Source of the DNA: a virus
Lineage: Duplodnaviria > Heunggongvirae > Uroviricota > Caudoviricetes
DNA: 8,139 bases
Direction: 5' to 3' (one strand)
Virus record (IMG/VR): IMGVR_UViG_2703718820_000003
Location: 1-8,139 of that record
The position numbers and the translations under genes were made by a program. This document shows, one piece after another, positions 5,518 to 8,139 of this stretch. Numbering within the stretch: position 1 is the stretch's first letter; the number at the start of each line of letters is the position of its first letter. The notes under the pieces are model-generated. The model was not told where the DNA came from. It saw only the letters and a list, made by a program, of their open reading frames with translations, and did not search any database.

Positions 5518-8139
5518 ATGGCAGGTAATTTTGCCGATCTGACAGCCGTGCTGACACTGGATTCTGCCCGTTTTTCTGAAGAGGCAGCGCGGGTAAAAAA
5601 AGAGCTGGGTGAAACCAGTGCGCTTGCTGATTTGATGTCCGGGAAAGTCAGTCAGTCTTTCAGAAAACAGGCTGATGCTGCTGAGCAGAGTCTGAGCCGA
5701 CAGGCGCTGGCTGCACAAAAAGCCGGGATATCAGTCGGACAGTATAAGGCTGCCATGCGCACACTGCCCGCACAGTTCACGGATATTGTCACTCAGCTTG
5801 CCGGTGGTCAGAATCCCTTCCTTATCATGCTGCAGCAGGGGGGGCAGATCAGCGATTCATTCGGTGGACCGCTCAGCCTGCTTACCCTGCTGAAGGAGGA
5901 ACTTCTCGGGATCAGGGATGCCTCTGAATCATCAGAGGATTCGCTGTCAGATACGGCAAATGCACTGGCTGAAAATGCCCGGAATGCCGGTGAACTGGGA
6001 CGATTTATGTCGGTGGCCCGTGTGGCGGCAGGTGGCGGGGTTGCCGTACTGGCCGCGCTTGCTGCCGCTGCCTGGCAGGCAGAGCAGGCTGACCGGGCCT
6101 TGTTGCGTTCACTGACCCTGACCGGAGGGGCGGCTGCCACCACAACGGCAGAATTGTGGAAAATGGCCGGGGTGATCAGCGATGAAGCCGGTGGTGGTAT
6201 CAGACAGGCGGCAGAAAATCTGGCCCGTCTGGCAGAAAGCGGGAAATATACCGCCGGGCAGCTACGGATCATGGGGGAAACCTCTCAGAGATGGCTGCAG
6301 ACGGTGGGGGACGATGCCGGGAAGGTGGAAAAAGCCTTTGAAGGGATTGCAGCTGATCCGGTGAAGGCGCTGGCCTCCCTGAATCAGCAGTATAACTTCC
6401 TGAGCGTTTCCCAGTTACGCCATATTGATGAGCTTGAGCGCACGAAAGGTAAACAGGCTGCGGTAACGGAGGCGATGTCCCTGTTTGCGGATGTCATGAA
6501 TGCACGTCTGGAGCAACTTGATAAAGCGGCCACGCCGGTGGAAAAAATCTGGGACGATGTTAAAACCTGGACTTCTGACGCATGGGCATGGATAGGTGAT
6601 CATACACTGGGGGCACTCAGTCTGATCACTGACGTGGTGGCCGGAACCGTTGAACAGGTGAAGCTGCTGCTTGTGCAGGGGGATCTGGCGCTGGCTGAAT
6701 TTATTCAGTCAGCCTGGGAAACGACAAAGAATGTGCCCGGCGTTGGTGCGTTGTTTGGTGAACTGGCAGAAGAGAACCGCGTATTTATTGAGAAAACAAA
6801 ACGCGATGAACTGGCGCTGAGAAAATCCATTGCGGAACGGGATGCGCGTATACGCCAGGGGGAAATGGGGTACATCAACCGTTCGCGTGCAACAGGCGTC
6901 AGCAAAGGTCCGGGGCAGCAGGAAGCCGTCAGCCGTCTGGCTGAAGAGCTGACAGGTAAAAAGCATACATCACCGAAAACGCGCTCTGCCGGGGAGAGGG
7001 AAGAGGAGCAGGCAAGAGAGGCTCTGCTTGCCCTTGAAGCTGAGCTCAGGACGCTGGAAAAACACAGCGGTGCGAATGAGAAAATCAGCCGGCAGCGCCG
7101 TGATTTATGGAAGGCGGAAAGTCAGTATGCGGTCCTGAAAGAGGCTGCCACGAAACGACAGTTATCCGGGCAGGAAAAATCCCTGCTGGCCCATGAGAAA
7201 GAGACGCTGGAGTACAAACGCCAGCTGGCTGAGCTGGGCGACAAGGTTGAATACCAGAAACGGCTGAATGAGCTGGCACAGCAGGCGGCACGGTTTGAAG
7301 AGCAGCAGAGCGCGAAGCAGGCCGCCATCAGCGCAAAAGCCCGTGGTCTCACTGACCGTCAGGCTCAGCGGGAGTCTGAAGAGCAGCGTCTTCGTGACGT
7401 GTATGGCGATAATCCGCAGGCGCTGGCCCGGGTCACCGGGGCACTGAAACAGACATGGGCGGATGAAGACATGCTGCGCGGTGACTGGCTGGCCGGGCTG
7501 AAGTCCGGCTGGGGGGAGTGGGCGGAAAGTGCGACGGACAGTTTTTCGCAGGTTAAAAGTGCTGCCACGCAGACCTTTGATGGTATTGCACAGAATATGG
7601 CGGCGATGCTGACCGGTGCAGAGGCAGACTGGCGGGGATTCACCCGTTCGGTGCTGTCCATGATGACAGAAATCCTGCTTAAACAGGCCATGGTGGGCAT
7701 TGTCGGGCGTATCGGCAGCGCCATTGGCGGTGCTTTCGGTGGTGGTGCATCTGCTTCCTCGGGGACGGCCATTGAGGCTGCGGCGGCGAACTTCCATTTC
7801 GCGACCGGAGGATTTACGGGGACGGGCGGCAAATATGAGCCTGCGGGGATAGTTCACCGCGGGGAGTTTGTTTTCACGAAAGAGGCAACCAGCCGGATAG
7901 GTGTGGGGAATCTTTACCGCCTGATGCGCGGCTATGCGGAAGGGGGGTATGTGGGTGGTGCCGGAAGTCCGGCGCAGATGCGGCGGGCGGAAGGTATTAA
8001 TTTTAATCAGAACAATCACGTGGTGATTCAGAACGACGGTATCAACGGACAGGCGGGGCCGCAGCTGATGAAGGCGGTGTATGACATGGCCCGCAAGGGG
8101 GCGCAGGATGAGCTCCGGCTGCAGTTGCGTGATGGCGGT
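5518..8139 (+). CDS. H: Tail tape measure protein H (3' end outside window)
   Basis: Open for 874 codons to the window edge. The N-terminus (..EQSLSRQALAAQKAGISVGQYKAAMRTLPAQFTDIVTQLAGGQNPFLIMLQQGGQISDSFGG) and the C-terminal ~350 aa (..LLALEAELRTLEKHSGANEKISRQRRDLWKAESQYAVLKEAA.. to ..NNHVVIQNDGINGQAGPQLMKAVYDMARKGAQDELRLQLRDGG) closely match lambda gpH as recalled. The middle ~300 aa are divergent. AGGAGG at 5503-5508. Confidence 0.93.
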   Translation, partial: MAGNFADLTAVLTLDSARFSEEAARVKKELGETSALADLMSGKVSQSFRKQADAAEQSLSRQALAAQKAGISVGQYKAAMRTLPAQFTDIVTQLAGGQNPFLIMLQQGGQISDSFGGPLSLLTLLKEELLGIRDASESSEDSLSDTANALAENARNAGELGRFMSVARVAAGGGVAVLAALAAAAWQAEQADRALLRSLTLTGGAAATTTAELWKMAGVISDEAGGGIRQAAENLARLAESGKYTAGQLRIMGETSQRWLQTVGDDAGKVEKAFEGIAADPVKALASLNQQYNFLSVSQLRHIDELERTKGKQAAVTEAMSLFADVMNARLEQLDKAATPVEKIWDDVKTWTSDAWAWIGDHTLGALSLITDVVAGTVEQVKLLLVQGDLALAEFIQSAWETTKNVPGVGALFGELAEENRVFIEKTKRDELALRKSIAERDARIRQGEMGYINRSRATGVSKGPGQQEAVSRLAEELTGKKHTSPKTRSAGEREEEQAREALLALEAELRTLEKHSGANEKISRQRRDLWKAESQYAVLKEAATKRQLSGQEKSLLAHEKETLEYKRQLAELGDKVEYQKRLNELAQQAARFEEQQSAKQAAISAKARGLTDRQAQRESEEQRLRDVYGDNPQALARVTGALKQTWADEDMLRGDWLAGLKSGWGEWAESATDSFSQVKSAATQTFDGIAQNMAAMLTGAEADWRGFTRSVLSMMTEILLKQAMVGIVGRIGSAIGGAFGGGASASSGTAIEAAAANFHFATGGFTGTGGKYEPAGIVHRGEFVFTKEATSRIGVGNLYRLMRGYAEGGYVGGAGSPAQMRRAEGINFNQNNHVVIQNDGINGQAGPQLMKAVYDMARKGAQDELRLQLRDGG

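Noticed and set aside
7162-8019. 285 aa minus-strand ORF antisense to H, plus other minus-strand ORFs (5808..6272, 7365..7832, 1740..2240, 2259..2690, 2702..3085, 399..746)
   Set aside because: Arg/Pro/Cys-rich low-complexity translations with no RBS context, all lying entirely inside well-supported + strand genes. These are typical shadow ORFs of GC-rich coding sequence.
1-8139. Defense system, toxin-antitoxin, moron, CRISPR array, tRNA or IS element
   Set aside because: Intergenic gaps are at most ~87 nt and every sizeable ORF is accounted for by a recognisable structural gene. There is no sequence space or signal for an inserted accessory system in this window.

Overview
This window reads as one co-directional (+ strand) late/morphogenesis operon segment of a lambdoid prophage of an enterobacterial host, with tightly packed and often overlapping genes. 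I see no convincing novel or undescribed system: there is no defense cargo, moron, tRNA, CRISPR array or IS element, and the minus strand carries only shadow ORFs. Gene order is: 3' end of a putative portal gene (2..250); one long 'tripartite' head gene encoding a ClpP-like prohead protease, a linker/scaffold segment and an HK97-fold major capsid domain (195..2219); a small Gly/Ala/Val-rich possible decoration protein (2307..2633); an FII-like head-tail joining protein (2626..2907); then lambda-type tail genes Z (2910..3533), U (3546..3944), V (3952..4701), G (4717..5139), T (expressed as a G-T fusion by -1 frameshift, to 5474) and the first ~874 codons of tape-measure gene H (5518..>8139). 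The points most worth a second look are the G-T recoding site (slippery heptamer A_AAA_AAG at 5115-5121), the structured intergenic region after the capsid gene (2217-2296) and the mosaic head/tail join. All homology statements come from reading the translations and recalling known phage proteins (lambda Z/U/V/G/T/H, Gifsy-2-type capsid gene), not from database searches.
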